Below are positions 1 to 8,658 of a stretch of 64,000 nt of DNA, piece after piece. A program made the translations under genes and the position numbers. The notes beneath the pieces are model-generated. The model made no database searches. It was not told the DNA's origin and was given only the letters and a program-made list of their open reading frames with translations. The DNA is from Clostridia bacterium. GTDB lineage: Bacteria > Bacillota > Clostridia > Saccharofermentanales > DTU023. Position 1 is the first letter of the stretch. Each line of letters opens with the position of its first letter. The DNA lies in the NCBI GenBank assembly GCA_040767365.1, contig JAXGOR010000002.1, positions 33,622 through 97,621 on the forward strand. The letters are read 5' to 3'.

Positions 1-198
1 GACCAGGGAACCAAGCACGCTGAAGACAAGCTGAACGGGCAGGAACAAATTGACCGTCATAAGTCCCGTTTCACCGACAATGCTGCCTACCAGCATACTG
101 TCGATCGTAACCATAACCGTCCCCCCCAGAATACCCGCCATGGTTGGTAGCAGGTAGCGGTTATAGGTTGATATCAGAAAGTGCTCATCTGTCTTCAT
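1..198 (-). CDS. MATE-family efflux transporter, N-terminal fragment (runs off the window)
   Basis: Minus-strand ATG at 198 opens 66 stop-free codons to position 1: MKTDEHFLISTYNRYLLPTMAGILGGTVMVTIDSMLVGSIVGETGLMTVNLFLP. This resembles MATE TM1/TM2. The start overlaps the upstream STAS gene stop by 14 nt. It is absent from the ORF track because it is truncated by the window edge. Confidence 0.5.
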   Translation of the reverse strand, partial: MKTDEHFLISTYNRYLLPTMAGILGGTVMVTIDSMLVGSIVGETGLMTVNLFLPVQLVFSVLGSLV

Positions 199-496
199 GG
201 TTGACAATGGTCAGGATTCCGGAAAATCCCGTGATATCAAACACTTCCATGATGACCTGGTTGACATTTCTTACGACCATTGAACCCTGTTGATTCATTC
301 GCTTCTGCGCGCCCAGCAGGACGCGTAGCCCCGCGCTGGACAAGTATTCCAGCTCGCGGAAATCCAGCTCCAGCTCCGTCACATCGTCAAGAGACGCGCT
401 GAGCTCCCGCTCCAACTGTGGCGCTGTTGTCGTGTCCAGCCTGCCGCTCACCGTAACCAGCAGAACTGGCCCGGTAGCTTCCATGTGAATATCCAT
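185..496 (-). CDS. STAS-domain protein (SpoIIAA/RsbV-like anti-sigma-factor antagonist)
   Basis: 103 aa. Typical STAS pattern (LLVTVSGRLDTTTAPQLERELS...LDFRELEYLSSAGLRVLLGAQKRM) with the conserved phosphorylatable Ser context (YLSSAGL). RBS GGGAGG upstream. Confidence 0.8.
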   Translation of the reverse strand: MDIHMEATGPVLLVTVSGRLDTTTAPQLERELSASLDDVTELELDFRELEYLSSAGLRVLLGAQKRMNQQGSMVVRNVNQVIMEVFDITGFSGILTIVNHEDR

Positions 497-1088
497 GGTG
501 TCCTCCCTATTTCCCCCGGATGAGGGACGGAATATCCCAGCAGGGACCTGCTCCGAGGAACAGGATGCCCAGGCTATGGTTTTCCGTACAAACTCTTATT
601 CCGGAGGTTATTCAATTGTGACTGTTGGTGGGCAGCACTCTCGACCTTGAACGTCCAAAATGTTGTCCTGCAATCGCACAAGCCGCATGGTGTTGTGGGA
701 ATCTGCGCCATCCCGCGTAGCTTCCGCAAGCCTCTCTACCTCGCAGTCAATCGGTAGATCGTTCTTTGTCCGTTGGCCGAGAAGGATCAACTAAATCGTT
801 GATCTCCCAGTATTATTCTGTATTATACAGGCTTCGCGAGAGACACACAATGCATTAACATTGATTATTCCCACATTATTAATTACGGGCCAAATTCCCC
901 ACTCATCCCTGCTTGTACCCTGGATTTCCCGCTGTGAGGCAGGTGCCGGGCGTCCGCCTTCTGACAAGATTCATCTGGCAGACCCTGTCGTAGCGCTTTT
1001 TTTTCTCTTGCAATTTATTAATAATTTATAATTTCCCGGGATTTTTAAAAAAAAAGAAATTTCTTGAATCTCAAGGATTCCAGGACAT

Positions 1089-1123
1089 AAAAAAGACTCC
1101 CCAGGATTATATCCGCCAGGGAG
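1089..1123 (-). terminator. Rho-independent terminator after tRNA-Phe
   Basis: On the minus strand: CTCCCTGG-loop-CCTGGGGAG stem (with G:U pairs) followed by TCTTTTTT. Confidence 0.5.
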
Positions 1124-1131
1124 CCCTTCTA

Positions 1132-1207
<76 letters not shown>

Positions 1208-1212
1208 TTAAG

Positions 1213-1239
1213 TAATTGCCGGCACGGGGCCGGCAATTA
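1213..1239. repeat. Perfect 10-bp inverted repeat (hairpin) in the tRNA-Asp/tRNA-Phe spacer
   Basis: TAATTGCCGG-cacgggg-CCGGCAATTA. Confidence 0.7.
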
Positions 1240-1316
1240 TGGCGACGCAGAAGGGGCTCGAACCCTCGACCTCCAGCGTGACAGGCTGGCATTCTAACCA
1301 ACTGAACTACTGCGCC
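1240..1316 (-). tRNA. tRNA-Asp (GTC)
   Basis: The reverse complement reads GGCGCAGTAGTTCAGTTGGTTAGAATGCCAGCCTGTCACGCTGGAGGTCGAGGGTTCGAGCCCCTTCTGCGTCGCCA. Anticodon loop CTGTCAC, encoded CCA. Confidence 0.92.
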
Positions 1317-1434
1317 ATTTCGCTGTCTCAAGCGGCTGTGTAAGTCTATCAGATGAGTCAAACGATTGTCAATAAGCGTGAAAGAGCCCCCTGGGGGAGC
1401 TTAGGGACCAAGGGAGCCTGGGCCGGCGGCCCTG

Positions 1435-1728
1435 TCATTTATTCTGCCGATCGGCAACCTTGGCTGGCCAGATCCATTCCAGGGTGTGCTCATCGACAAA
1501 ATTGACGGGCTTGACATCCGTCCTCCCGAACAGGTAATCAATGGAAACCCGGTAGTAGTCCGCGATCTTTTTCAGCATGCGGTAATCCGGTTCGCGTTCA
1601 CCCCGCTCATACTTCGATATGGTCTGCCGGCTGACATTCAAATTTGAAGCGATATCCTCCTGGCGGAGTTGCTTTTCCTTTCTCAATTCCCTGAGACGAT
1701 GCGCGAATATTTCCAGCGGCCTTGCCAT
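1435..1728 (-). CDS. XRE-family helix-turn-helix transcriptional regulator
   Basis: 97 aa. HTH_3 signature: LRELRKEKQLRQEDIASNLNVSRQTISKYERGEREPDYRMLKKIADYYRVSIDYLFG. Confidence 0.85.
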   Translation of the reverse strand: MARPLEIFAHRLRELRKEKQLRQEDIASNLNVSRQTISKYERGEREPDYRMLKKIADYYRVSIDYLFGRTDVKPVNFVDEHTLEWIWPAKVADRQNK

Positions 1729-1848
1729 AATAACTGGATTATGTATCTAGACTGGCAATCACTCAACAAAAAAGGCCCTATATGCTACAAAGTGGCGCAC
1801 TTTGAGGAAAAGTCCAAGTATGCTAGACTGTCAAAGCTGAATTTTAAC

Positions 1849-1924
1849 GGGAGCATAGCTCAGCAGGGAGAGCACTTGCCTTACAAGCAAGGGGTCATCG
1901 GTTCGAGCCCGGTTGCTCCCACCA
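1849..1924 (+). tRNA. tRNA-Val (TAC)
   Basis: GGGAGCATAGCTCAGCAGGGAGAGCACTTGCCTTACAAGCAAGGGGTCATCGGTTCGAGCCCGGTTGCTCCCACCA. Anticodon loop CTTACAA, encoded CCA. Confidence 0.92.
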
Positions 1925-1926
1925 AC

Positions 1927-1957
1927 AGGGGCCGCCGCCAGGATCCGGCCCCTTTTT
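1927..1957 (+). terminator. Rho-independent terminator after tRNA-Val
   Basis: AGGGGCCG-11 nt loop-CGGCCCCT (8-bp perfect stem) followed by TTTTT. Confidence 0.75.
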
Positions 1958-1972
1958 CATGCAGGCCAGCCC

Positions 1973-3808
1973 TCAATCCAGGCCCGGTGTCCCGGCCCGG
2001 ACGCCGGCCGGAAACAGTCCCCCAAAATCAAAGCCCTCAGTCTGGGCCGGATTCCACAGGCCGGCCTCCGCCCCTCCCGCCGCCAAAGGTATGAGAAGGC
2101 GCTCCCGGATCAGCCATAGCCCCAGGTCCTCAAGTACTTCCCTAAGCTCATCCGCGGTTTGGACCTTGCCGATCGAGTGGATGAGCAGTTGGCCTTGGGC
2201 ACCGTCAAATCCAGGGAGGTCCGCGCCGGCCTCCTCCGGGTCCAGACCGGGGACCTGGAGCAGGCGGTCAGCCAGGCGGGCAGGTGACTCATTGACGGTA
2301 CTTTCCGTATAGGCCAGGTCGAAGTCACCCTCCTGGCAGAGCTGGCGCCATTGGGATTGGGGTAGGCTTCGCAGAATAATCTCGACGCCCAGGCGGCCGG
2401 CCGACTCCTGATAAAGCCGGCAGGCTTCTTCTATAGGCTGGTAATTCTCGGGATAAATCAGCTCGAGAGGGGGAAGGGGGGCGGCTTTCCATTCCAGCCG
2501 GCCCGTGTCGCGGTTCAGGAGCAGGTTTGAATCGACCAACAAGAGATTGATTGTCTCCCTGTCCGCCTCCGGGATCCCGGACGCCAACTGCTCACGGTCC
2601 AGCCCGACCATGAGGCTCGGCAGGGTAAAGGTATCGGAGGGGGAAGGATCATGGCCGTCCGGCATGAGGAGGGAGGAGGTCAATTTCGTGTCCGCCGCCA
2701 GGAGGAGGAGTTGCCGGAAGGAAGCGAGCCCCAAGAGCTCCTGTCCTTCGGGGTTGATGGTGAGCCCTGCCCATTTCTCCCCGCTCAGAAGGGGGAGGAC
2801 GGGGGCCTGGTCCTGTCCCAGAGCTTCCCTCCAGTCGCCGCTGAAAACACTTTCAAGGGATGATCCCAGGAGGATCAGGTCAAGGTCACCACGCAGGAGG
2901 GCACGGCGGGCCAGGTCCGGCCTGGCGTATTTCAGGATGGAAAGATAGCTGATGCCGCCGGCGGGGTCCGGGTCACCGGAAAAGGCCTCAAGTGAGAGGA
3001 CGAACTCATCCTCCCCGTAGAAGGACCAGGGGCCTGAACCGATCCGTGGCAGCCCCGGCCCTGTCAATTGGTCCGGGACCGAGCGGTCGGTCAGGAAGGG
3101 TTCCCAGACATGCCTGGGAACGACCAGGGCGGACGCAAGCGCTTCCATACAACGGATACCGGCATTGATTGCCTCCCCCTCCACTTCAATGCGAAGTGAG
3201 AGTTCGCTGTCTATTTCAAGCCTGCTGATCAGGGATTCAAAGAGAAGACCCGCCGGCGTCCTGAAGCTGGTGTGGGTCTCAATGGAAAAAAGCAGGTCGG
3301 CCGAGGTGATGGCAAAACCATCGTGCCATTTTCTCCCATCGGCCAGGTCAACCGTGATCAGGTCGTCCTTCAACCTTACCTTTTCCGCCAGCAGGGGCAC
3401 ATAATCGAGGGCCAGGGGATCAAAGGTGATCAGGGTTTCATAGACAGGTTGCCTCCTGCCCGTCGGATCAACGGGGAAGAGGCCCTCACCCTCGGCAAAC
3501 GGATTGAAGTTCAGTTTTTCGGGGTCGGCCAGGGCCAGGGTCAGGCGTTCGGACCGGCTGCCGGGAAGCCCCCTGTCAATGGCCGGGTCCTTCTCCTGGA
3601 GGGGTGCTTCCCCCGGGGGAGCCGGAGGGCTGGTGACGGGAGGATCAACTTCCACTCCCCCCGGTCCGGCAGGCGCGCAGGAAAAGGAAAGGAAAAGGAA
3701 GACAAGCAAAAACGCGGTCAAGAGTCTTTTCAGGCCGGTTTGAATCTGCTTTGCTTGTCTTTTCTTACGGACGGATTCCCCCAAGACGCCACCTTCTTCC
3801 CGATCCAA
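1973..3808 (-). CDS. ABC-transporter substrate-binding lipoprotein, family 5 (peptide/nickel type)
   Basis: 611 aa. Signal peptide plus lipobox (LFLSFSC). SBP_bac_5-like core (YETLITFDP...VPLLAEKV...DLADGRKWHDGFAITSADLLFS). Confidence 0.7.
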   Translation of the reverse strand: MDREEGGVLGESVRKKRQAKQIQTGLKRLLTAFLLVFLFLSFSCAPAGPGGVEVDPPVTSPPAPPGEAPLQEKDPAIDRGLPGSRSERLTLALADPEKLNFNPFAEGEGLFPVDPTGRRQPVYETLITFDPLALDYVPLLAEKVRLKDDLITVDLADGRKWHDGFAITSADLLFSIETHTSFRTPAGLLFESLISRLEIDSELSLRIEVEGEAINAGIRCMEALASALVVPRHVWEPFLTDRSVPDQLTGPGLPRIGSGPWSFYGEDEFVLSLEAFSGDPDPAGGISYLSILKYARPDLARRALLRGDLDLILLGSSLESVFSGDWREALGQDQAPVLPLLSGEKWAGLTINPEGQELLGLASFRQLLLLAADTKLTSSLLMPDGHDPSPSDTFTLPSLMVGLDREQLASGIPEADRETINLLLVDSNLLLNRDTGRLEWKAAPLPPLELIYPENYQPIEEACRLYQESAGRLGVEIILRSLPQSQWRQLCQEGDFDLAYTESTVNESPARLADRLLQVPGLDPEEAGADLPGFDGAQGQLLIHSIGKVQTADELREVLEDLGLWLIRERLLIPLAAGGAEAGLWNPAQTEGFDFGGLFPAGVRAGTPGLD

Positions 3809-3868
3809 TCCTGGCCGCTGTCCGCCCCGTCAGTGGACAGACAGGCACGCTTATTCTAACATGAGGCA

Positions 3869-4582
3869 ATGCCAAGCCGAACCGAAAAAAGAGGAGCCTT
3901 TGTCTCCGGCCTGAAGCGTGTCCTGCTTGCCTTGGCCGCCTTTTTCCTGGGCCTCATGCTGGCTTTCTCCTCGACCCTTTTCTATATCTACACTTCGATA
4001 GCCTTGAAGGGAAACGCGCTGACGGGAAGCCTGGAAACCCTGACCGGGACCGTCGACTGCATCTTGGTCCCCGGCGCCCAGATATATGCCAACAGGAAAC
4101 CCTCCCCCATGCTGCAGGACAGGTTGGACGGGGCCGTGACCCTTTTCTGGGCAGGTCTGTCTGACCGGATCCTGGTCTCGGGAGACCACCGGGAGGACAA
4201 CTACAACGAGCCGCTGGTCATGTACAATTATCTGATCGAACAGGGGATTCCTGATGAGGCCATCTTCATGGACCACTACGGCCTGGACACCTATGACAGC
4301 ATCCATCGGGCAAAGCATGTCTTCGGTGTGGAATCAGTCATCGTTGCCACCCAGCGTTTCCACCTGCAAAGGGCACTCTTCATCGCGGACAGGACAGGGA
4401 TCCGGGCCCGGGGCTTTGCCACCGATCCCCGGGTCTACTCCTCGGGCTTCTATTGGTTCATCCGGGAGCTGGGCGCCCGCGTGAAGGCCGTCTATGAAGT
4501 GCGAACCGGCGCCATCCCCACCTATTCGAGCAGCCCCCGTCCCATCGGAGGCGACGGCAGGACTACCCGGGATCCTTTTTGA
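3869..4582 (+). CDS. SanA/YdcF-family (DUF218) membrane-anchored protein
   Basis: 237 aa. N-terminal TM helix, then ILVPGAQIYANRKPSPMLQDRLDGAVTLFWAGL..ILVSGD...NEPLVMYNYLIEQGIP...DHYGLDTYDSI, typical of SanA. Confidence 0.75.
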   Translation: MPSRTEKRGAFVSGLKRVLLALAAFFLGLMLAFSSTLFYIYTSIALKGNALTGSLETLTGTVDCILVPGAQIYANRKPSPMLQDRLDGAVTLFWAGLSDRILVSGDHREDNYNEPLVMYNYLIEQGIPDEAIFMDHYGLDTYDSIHRAKHVFGVESVIVATQRFHLQRALFIADRTGIRARGFATDPRVYSSGFYWFIRELGARVKAVYEVRTGAIPTYSSSPRPIGGDGRTTRDPF

Positions 4583-4598
4583 TAGAAATCGTGAGAGA

Positions 4599-5660
4599 TC
4601 AGGCTTCCCGGCCCTTGGCGACACGGACAGCCCGGACGTTGATGGCCAGGACATTGACGGCCGTATACCGCTCGACACCGGAGCTGACCGCCGCCTGGAC
4701 ATCCGCGAGGACGGACTGGGCACTGGACCCATAATAGACCGAGAGATCGAGATCCAGGATGATGCCATAGGGCTCCTTGTGGACTCTCTGGCTGACGACG
4801 CCTTCAACGCCGTCCACCGTCACGGCGATCATGCGGACAAGATCCTTCATGGCCTGATCGGACATGGCATAGCTGCCCAGGGTGGAGAAGGTCGGCCTCA
4901 CCACGGTCCGCTCCTGGTCGGTGAGGGGCTGGCTGCTTTGGGATCCGAAGACACCGAAATCAAAGCGCTGCCAGAGTTTGGCTATGGGTTCCGCCAGGTA
5001 GCCGGAAAACTCGTGCTTGATCTCCATGCTGGGGACGGGGATGGTATGCTTGCCCTCGCTCATCCGGGTCTGACGGGCCAGGTTCCGCTCCTCCTCCGTT
5101 GAGACATCCTCAATCCTGATCATGATCGAGGGCTGATTCAGCCAGAGATTGTCGCAGATATGCGTCAGCATGGCCTCCGAGGTCCCCAGGATCATGAGGG
5201 CGCTCGGCAGATGCTCGATCAGCGCCCGGCGCATGTTTTCGGCGCGCACGGGGTCCAGGAACATGGCCTGCCTGACCGACTCCATCTTCGTCGCGGCCCG
5301 CTTGGCCGATGAACCGGTGATAATGGCGCTGCCATGGATCAGGAGGCCATCGTCGATCATGTAGTCGATCTTGTACTCACGGGCGACCCGGATCGCCCGC
5401 GTCGACTTGCCGCTACCGCTGGAACCGATGAAGGATACGACCGCTATCTGGGACAGGAGATCGCGGATTTCCTTCTGGGTCTGCTCCTCATAGGCAACGA
5501 CCCGTTCATTCATTTGTGAAATGACGGCATCGGCAAAGCGGCCGAAGGGGTTGAAGGGGCCGTCGGCCGGCCGCTCCCTGCTCTCTTCCAACTCCGGCGC
5601 CGGGGGCGGATCAATCGGCCCCGTATCGGCCTTCCTGCGTTTGAACCAGCCGTTGGCCAT
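4599..5660 (-). CDS. Fusion protein: N-terminal P-loop NTPase plus C-terminal Asp23/Gls24-like domain
   Basis: 353 aa. Walker A GSSGSGKST. The C-terminal 110 aa (YAMSDQAMKDLVRMIAVTVDGVEGV...ILDLDLSVYYGSSAQSVLADVQAAVSSGVERYTAVNVLAINVRAVRV) matches the Asp23 family pattern. Confidence 0.6.
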   Translation of the reverse strand: MANGWFKRRKADTGPIDPPPAPELEESRERPADGPFNPFGRFADAVISQMNERVVAYEEQTQKEIRDLLSQIAVVSFIGSSGSGKSTRAIRVAREYKIDYMIDDGLLIHGSAIITGSSAKRAATKMESVRQAMFLDPVRAENMRRALIEHLPSALMILGTSEAMLTHICDNLWLNQPSIMIRIEDVSTEEERNLARQTRMSEGKHTIPVPSMEIKHEFSGYLAEPIAKLWQRFDFGVFGSQSSQPLTDQERTVVRPTFSTLGSYAMSDQAMKDLVRMIAVTVDGVEGVVSQRVHKEPYGIILDLDLSVYYGSSAQSVLADVQAAVSSGVERYTAVNVLAINVRAVRVAKGREA

Positions 5661-5668
5661 GGCCCTTC

Positions 5669-6400
5669 CTAGTCCTCCTGGTCCCAGTTGTGGTAGATAT
5701 CCTGGACGTCGTCGTTGTCCTCCAGGCGGTCGATCAATTTTTCCATGTTGTCCATGGCCTCCTCCGACAGGAGGGAGACCAGCATGTCGGGCACCTGATC
5801 AAGGCTTTGATCGATGAATTCGTAGTTTTTGGAGAGCTGATCCCTCACCAAGGCGTAGGACTCGGGCGCCGTCGTGATCACGATGATGTGCTCATCGTCA
5901 AGGTCAACATCCTCGGCGCCGGCCTCCAGGGCATCCATGAAGACCGCCTCTTCATCCAGATCATCCTGCCGCTCGATGACAAGGCTACCCTTGCGTTGGA
6001 ACTGGAAGGAGACACAGCCGTCCGTGCCAAGATTGCCGCCATATTTGCTGAAGATGTGCCGGATCTCGCCCGCCGTCCTGTTCCGGTTGTCCGTCAGGGC
6101 CCTAACCATGAGGGCGACCCCGCCCGGACCGTAACCCTCATAGTAGATCTCTTCGAGCGAGGCGCCGCCTCCCTCTCCCGAGGCCCTTTCGATGGATCGC
6201 CGGATACTGTCATTGGGCATGTTGTAGGACTTGGCCTTGGCGATGACATCCCGGAGCACGGAATTTGATTCAGGGTCTGGCCCGCCCTCCCGGACGGCGA
6301 CCTGGAGTTCCCGGCCCAGTTTCGAGAATACCTTCCCGCGTTTGTCATCTATCGCTTCCTTGCGACGCTTGATATTACTCCATTTTGAGTGACCCGCCAT
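5669..6400 (-). CDS. yebC: YebC/PmpR-family DNA-binding transcriptional regulator
   Basis: MAGHSKWSNIKRRKEAIDDKRGKVFSKLGRELQVAVREGGPDPESN... is the canonical N-terminus. I chose the ATG at 6400 (RBS GGGGGA) over the TTG at 6418 used by the track. Confidence 0.9.
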   Translation of the reverse strand: MAGHSKWSNIKRRKEAIDDKRGKVFSKLGRELQVAVREGGPDPESNSVLRDVIAKAKSYNMPNDSIRRSIERASGEGGGASLEEIYYEGYGPGGVALMVRALTDNRNRTAGEIRHIFSKYGGNLGTDGCVSFQFQRKGSLVIERQDDLDEEAVFMDALEAGAEDVDLDDEHIIVITTAPESYALVRDQLSKNYEFIDQSLDQVPDMLVSLLSEEAMDNMEKLIDRLEDNDDVQDIYHNWDQED

Positions 6401-6470
6401 AGATTCCCCCGTAGACAATCAGAGCCAATAGGATACTGACATCATTATACACACGGCGGGAGGGGTGGAA

Positions 6471-7103
6471 TCAGGAGGAAGCCTCGAGCCAGCGCTCTCC
6501 CTCAGCTTTCAGGGAGGCCTGGCCGGAGGAAAGATTCATGACCAGGGCATGCAATTCCTCCACCCTGTCGAGGGTCGCCCCCACCAGCTGGTTGACTGTC
6601 ACGCCGAAAATGGCCGGTTCCAAGAAAAATCCGCCGGCTTCCAATCGGCCTCCCAACTGATGGAAGACGGCGTAGTCCGCCTCCAGGAGGAAGGTCTTGC
6701 AACGGACGAATCGGACCGGGCCAGCCTCTTCCAGGGCGCCCCGGGCCGCCCTCGAGTAGGCCCGTGACAAGCCCCCCGTGCCCAGGAGGATACCCCCGAA
6801 ATACCGGACAACCACCAGGGCTGCCCGATCAATCTCTTCCTGGAGGAGGACATCCAGCAACTGCCTGCCTCCTGTTCCCCGGGGTTCCCCATCATCCGAG
6901 AAACGCTGGAGTTGGCAGGGGCTGTTTGTCCGCCAGGCGTACACATAGTGGCGGGCTTCGGGATAGCGGACGCGCGAGCTGTCGATCAGGTCAAGGGCGT
7001 CCTGCTCCGAGAGGATGGGTCCGCAAAGGCCAATGAAGCGGGAACCGCGGTCGGTCAGCTCGTAGAGGCCTTGGCGCCGGACCGTTTTATAATGATCAGG
7101 CAT
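6471..7103 (-). CDS. yigZ: IMPACT/YigZ-family (UPF0029) protein
   Basis: 210 aa: DRGSRFIGLCGP..SEQDALDLI...YPEARHYVYAWR...FSDDGEPRGTGGRQLLDVL. The start overlaps the serS stop by 8 nt. Confidence 0.8.
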   Translation of the reverse strand: MPDHYKTVRRQGLYELTDRGSRFIGLCGPILSEQDALDLIDSSRVRYPEARHYVYAWRTNSPCQLQRFSDDGEPRGTGGRQLLDVLLQEEIDRAALVVVRYFGGILLGTGGLSRAYSRAARGALEEAGPVRFVRCKTFLLEADYAVFHQLGGRLEAGGFFLEPAIFGVTVNQLVGATLDRVEELHALVMNLSSGQASLKAEGERWLEASS

Positions 7104-8391
7104 GGGCCCGGTCGACCGGACGGATCACTTCTATGCCAAACATCCAGGGGGCAAGGATCTCAGGGATCCGGATGGAACCGTCAGGCTGCTGGCACTGTTC
7201 GACCAGGGCCGGAATGACACGCGATGTGGCCAGCCCGGAACCGTTCAGGGTATGACAGAAGACTGTTTTGCCTGAATCAGTCTGCCGGTAGCGGATATTG
7301 CCGCGCCTGGCCTGGTAGTCCCCGGCGTTGGATACGGAGCTCACTTCCTTGTAAATCTGCATGCTGGGAATCCAGATCTCGATATCATAGGTCTTCATCA
7401 TACCGGCGGAACAGTCACCTGCCGCCAGCCGGCTGACCCGGTGGACCAGACCAAGTCCTTCAACCAGCCGGGCCGCCTTGCCCACCAGCTCCTCGAAGGC
7501 CTCCGCGGAATCTTCCGGACGGGCATACTGGAACATCTCCACCTTGTTGAACTGATGACCGCGGATCATGCCCCGTTCATCAGCGCGGTAGGAGCCGGCT
7601 TCGCGCCGGTAGCAGGGGGTGAAGGCAAAGTATTTCCTGGGCAGGTCCGCCTCCCTCAGGATCTCATCCACGTGAACATTGGTGAGGGCCGTCTCAGCTG
7701 TTGGCAGGATAAACTGGAACTTGTCACCGCCGCCACGGAGCTGGAATACGTCGTCCTCGAATTTGGGAAACTGTCCGCCGACATAGCCACATTCATAGTT
7801 CAGGATATGGGGCGTCAGCATCATCTCATAGCCATCCTTGATATGTTCACTGATGAAATAATTCAGCAAGGCCCATTCCAGGATGGCGCCAGGGCCGGTG
7901 TAGATCCAAAAACCACTCCCCGACAGCTTGGCCCCCCGCTCGTAATCAATCATTCCGCAGGATTCGACGAGGTCGACATGGTTTTTTGTAGCGGCCCCGA
8001 CTGTCTCAGGCTCCCCCCAAACCGATACCACCTCGTTGTTCTCTTTTCCACCCGCGGGGATATCATCGGCGGGAATGTTGGGTAGACCCGCCAGGAAGGC
8101 CTGTTGCTCGGCGTTCATCTCCCTGATCTTCTGATCATTGTCACGGATCCTCTCGCCCAGTTCGCGGAGGGTCTCCGTCAGGAGGGAGATGTCCCCCTTC
8201 TGTTTTTTGATAAGCGGTATTTCAGCAGATTTTCTATTCCTTTCGGCCTTCAGCTCCTCGGTCTCATGCATGAGTGCCCGGCGTGCGGCGTCCGATTCAA
8301 GAAAATCAGAAAAATCAACAGTAAAACCCCGGCGCGCCAGTTTTTCGGCGACTTCTTCCGGCTTATTTCGGATGTAAACTAAATCCAGCAT
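7096..8391 (-). CDS. serS: Serine--tRNA ligase
   Basis: MLDLVYIRNKPEEV... coiled-coil N-domain and class II core (FAFTPCYRREAGSYG-like, HQFNKVEMF, GSGLATSRV). ATG at 8391 is preceded by AGGAGG. The track ORF extends 14 codons further upstream. Confidence 0.93.
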   Translation of the reverse strand: MLDLVYIRNKPEEVAEKLARRGFTVDFSDFLESDAARRALMHETEELKAERNRKSAEIPLIKKQKGDISLLTETLRELGERIRDNDQKIREMNAEQQAFLAGLPNIPADDIPAGGKENNEVVSVWGEPETVGAATKNHVDLVESCGMIDYERGAKLSGSGFWIYTGPGAILEWALLNYFISEHIKDGYEMMLTPHILNYECGYVGGQFPKFEDDVFQLRGGGDKFQFILPTAETALTNVHVDEILREADLPRKYFAFTPCYRREAGSYRADERGMIRGHQFNKVEMFQYARPEDSAEAFEELVGKAARLVEGLGLVHRVSRLAAGDCSAGMMKTYDIEIWIPSMQIYKEVSSVSNAGDYQARRGNIRYRQTDSGKTVFCHTLNGSGLATSRVIPALVEQCQQPDGSIRIPEILAPWMFGIEVIRPVDRAHA

Positions 8392-8536
8392 GAATTCCTC
8401 CTGGCAGTATGATCTGCCGATCCATTCTAACATAGAGTGGAGGAGTCAGCTGGTTCTGAAGCCCTGCCCGGCAGGCCTTCAATTCATTTAGATAAATGAC
8501 AATGTAAGCTGGACAGTGAGTCAAAAAAATGTCCAG

Positions 8537-8575
8537 CTTAATCTGGCAAATAGAATGTCCCACTTAATCTGGCAA
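8537..8575 (+). repeat. Two 13-bp direct repeats CTTAATCTGGCAA (8537-8549 and 8563-8575) near the IS left end
   Basis: Read directly from the sequence. The offset is 26 bp. Confidence 0.8.
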
Positions 8576-8658
8576 GAGTAACCTCTTCATCAACCAAAAC
8601 TTTATACTGTCCCAAGAGAAGAACCAAGCTCAAGGCGGGCCTTCCTAAGGAGGTTGCC

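Noticed and set aside
608-790. 60-aa minus-strand ORF upstream of the STAS gene
   Set aside because: TTG start, nearest Shine-Dalgarno-like sequence about 13 nt away, no recognisable motif. It cannot be supported as a gene from sequence alone.
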